A stretch of 21,748 nucleotides of DNA from Octopus sinensis (Eukaryota): the NCBI RefSeq assembly GCF_006345805.1, contig NW_021823636.1, positions 1-21,748 of the forward strand, read 5' to 3'. Under the pieces are notes generated by a model. The model worked only from the letters and a program-made list of their open reading frames with translations, did not search any database and was not told where the DNA came from. The position numbers were made by a program, and so were the translations under genes. This document shows positions 20,236 to 21,748 of this stretch, one piece after another (positions within the stretch are counted from its first letter, which is position 1; each line of letters begins with the position of its first letter).

Positions 20236-20543
20236 ACCAATTTTGAATGCTAAACACACTTCTGACAACTGGTATGTACATATTAATTGCTTGTAGGGAC
20301 ACTTTATCTCGTTATGCAACCATAATATACTTCCATTATCTTTTATAGTTTTCTACCTTCAGTCGCATTGTTTACAAAGACGTATTCATATATGAGACAT
20401 TGCAACTTTCAGTGCTGCCTCTAATTTCCATAGAAAATCCGTTGAGATAATTTCAAAAGCAGTTAAAGGAATTAGTCTTTACAAACTGGAATGTTATCTT
20501 ATATTTAAAGAATAAGGAATAAGGGGTAGTTCTGCTGAATTAA

Positions 20544-20846
20544 GTCCGTCCGTCCGTCCATCCATCCATGTTTCCCATCTACTATTCCCCGGGGTGGGTG
20601 GTAAGGTTAGAGCCCTCAAGCACCAATCTCCAGAAGATTCTATCAGAATTGACCGTCATTACACTTTGCGACTTGATTCTTAAGTATGATCAACTAAGAC
20701 AATGGATATTGTCGAACCATCTTCTTCATGGTCTACGCCAAAGTCCCCTGCCACTTGGCTCAGTTTGAAGTATCCGTCTTGGAACACTTCCCTTCGACAT
20801 TCTAATCACATGTCCAGAGAAGCTGTGACCTCTCTATGCGGAGAAG
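20544..20846 (-). mobile_element. RTE-clade (Expander/Rex3-like) LINE 3' remnant with (GGAT)n tail
   Basis: Minus-strand translation RIERSQLL(fs)GHVIRMSKGSVPRRILQTEPSGRGLWRRP*RRWFDNIH, then tail ggatggatggacggacgg. Confidence 0.75.
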
Positions 20847-20887
20847 TAAAGGTAAAAGGCAAATATTCAACCGTTACATAACTGACA

Positions 20888-21400
20888 GTCGAGGCGCAAT
20901 GGTCCAGTGGTTAGAGCAGCGGACTCGCTGTCGTAGGATCGCGATTTCGATTCCCAAACCGGGCATTGTGAGAATTTATTGAACGAAAACACCGAAAGTT
21001 CCTCGAAGCTTCGGCAGGGGGGGTGAACCCTGCTGTACTCTTTCGCCACAACTTTCTCTCACTCTTTCTTCCCTTTTTCTGTTGTACCTGTATTTCAAAG
21101 TGCCAGCCTTGTCACACTCTGTGTCACGCTGAATCTCCCTGAGAACTACTTTAAGGGTACACGTGTCTGTGGAGTGCTCGGCCACTTACACGTTAATAAA
21201 TGAGCTGCGACGTCACTGGTGCCAAGCTGTATCGGCCCCTTTGCCTTTCCCTTGGATAACATCGGTGGCGTGGAGAGGGGAGTCTGGTATGCGTGGGCGA
21301 TTGCTGGTCTTCCATAAACAACCTTGCCCAGACTTGTACCACGGAGGGTAACTTACTAGGTTCAATCCCATGGTCATTCATGACCGAAGGGGGTCACAAC
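20888..21400 (+). mobile_element. Composite SINE: family C (20891-21197) fused to a 5'-truncated family E tail (21198-21395)
   Basis: tRNA-like head GGTCCAGTGGTTAGAGCAGCGG...TTCGATTCCC; junction cacgttaat|aaatgagctgcgacgtcactgg; the whole unit is flanked by ACATAACTGACA (20876-20887, 21401-21412). Confidence 0.88.
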
Positions 21401-21597
21401 ACATAACTGACAAATAAGGTATTTTTTAACAGATTTCATTAATTTGGTTACGGCCATGCTGGATCACTAATTTGAAAAGCATATCAACCCCAGTGCATTG
21501 CTTGGTACTGTTCTCCAAAGCTACGAATAATAAAAGCGGCTGTTGACTTCAGGGTATTCTTTTTCGAATGTACTTTCTTTCAGCTCATGCTGATACA

Positions 21598-21606
21598 AAC
21601 TTTCTC

Positions 21607-21659
<53 letters not shown>

Positions 21660-21748
21660 TTTTTTCTTTCTTTCTTTCTTTCCTTCTTTCTCTCTCTCTC
21701 CCCTCTCTCACAGACATACACTCTCTCCTCATTTCTCTTCTTTCTCTA
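21598..21748. repeat. (TTTC)n/(CT)n microsatellite
   Basis: Direct reading. Confidence 0.95.

Noticed and set aside
19213-20296. Recurring ORFs with RGYSRRHLPK / GLNPEPCG peptides
   Set aside because: They are translations of non-coding SINE-A copies.

Overview
Eukaryotic, AT-rich, repeat-dominated intronic/intergenic DNA. The SINE families strongly suggest an octopus (coleoid cephalopod); this is recognition from memory, not a database result. No complete protein-coding gene is present, and the ORF track is almost entirely microsatellite and SINE translation. The window holds about 25 tRNA-derived SINE copies or fragments (working names A-E), two RTE-clade LINE 3' remnants, an internally deleted DD37D (maT) Tc1/mariner relic, hAT- and piggyBac-like MITEs, a tRNA-Leu(CAG) with two 1-nt deletions, a full-length U6 snRNA retrocopy, a 10 x ~98-bp minisatellite and many microsatellites. 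The most interesting signal is recurrent chimeric retroposition: (i) a U6 + SINE-B fusion inside one 15-bp target-site duplication (TSD), (ii) a SINE-C + SINE-E-tail fusion inside one 12-bp TSD, and (iii) three SINE-B/SINE-B head-to-tail composites, two with an identical junction. The minisatellite appears to be a retroposon 3' end plus its TSD amplified in tandem. Two phase-compatible candidate exons of an unidentified host gene are low confidence. Internal boundaries of degenerate repeats are approximate (about +/-10 bp).
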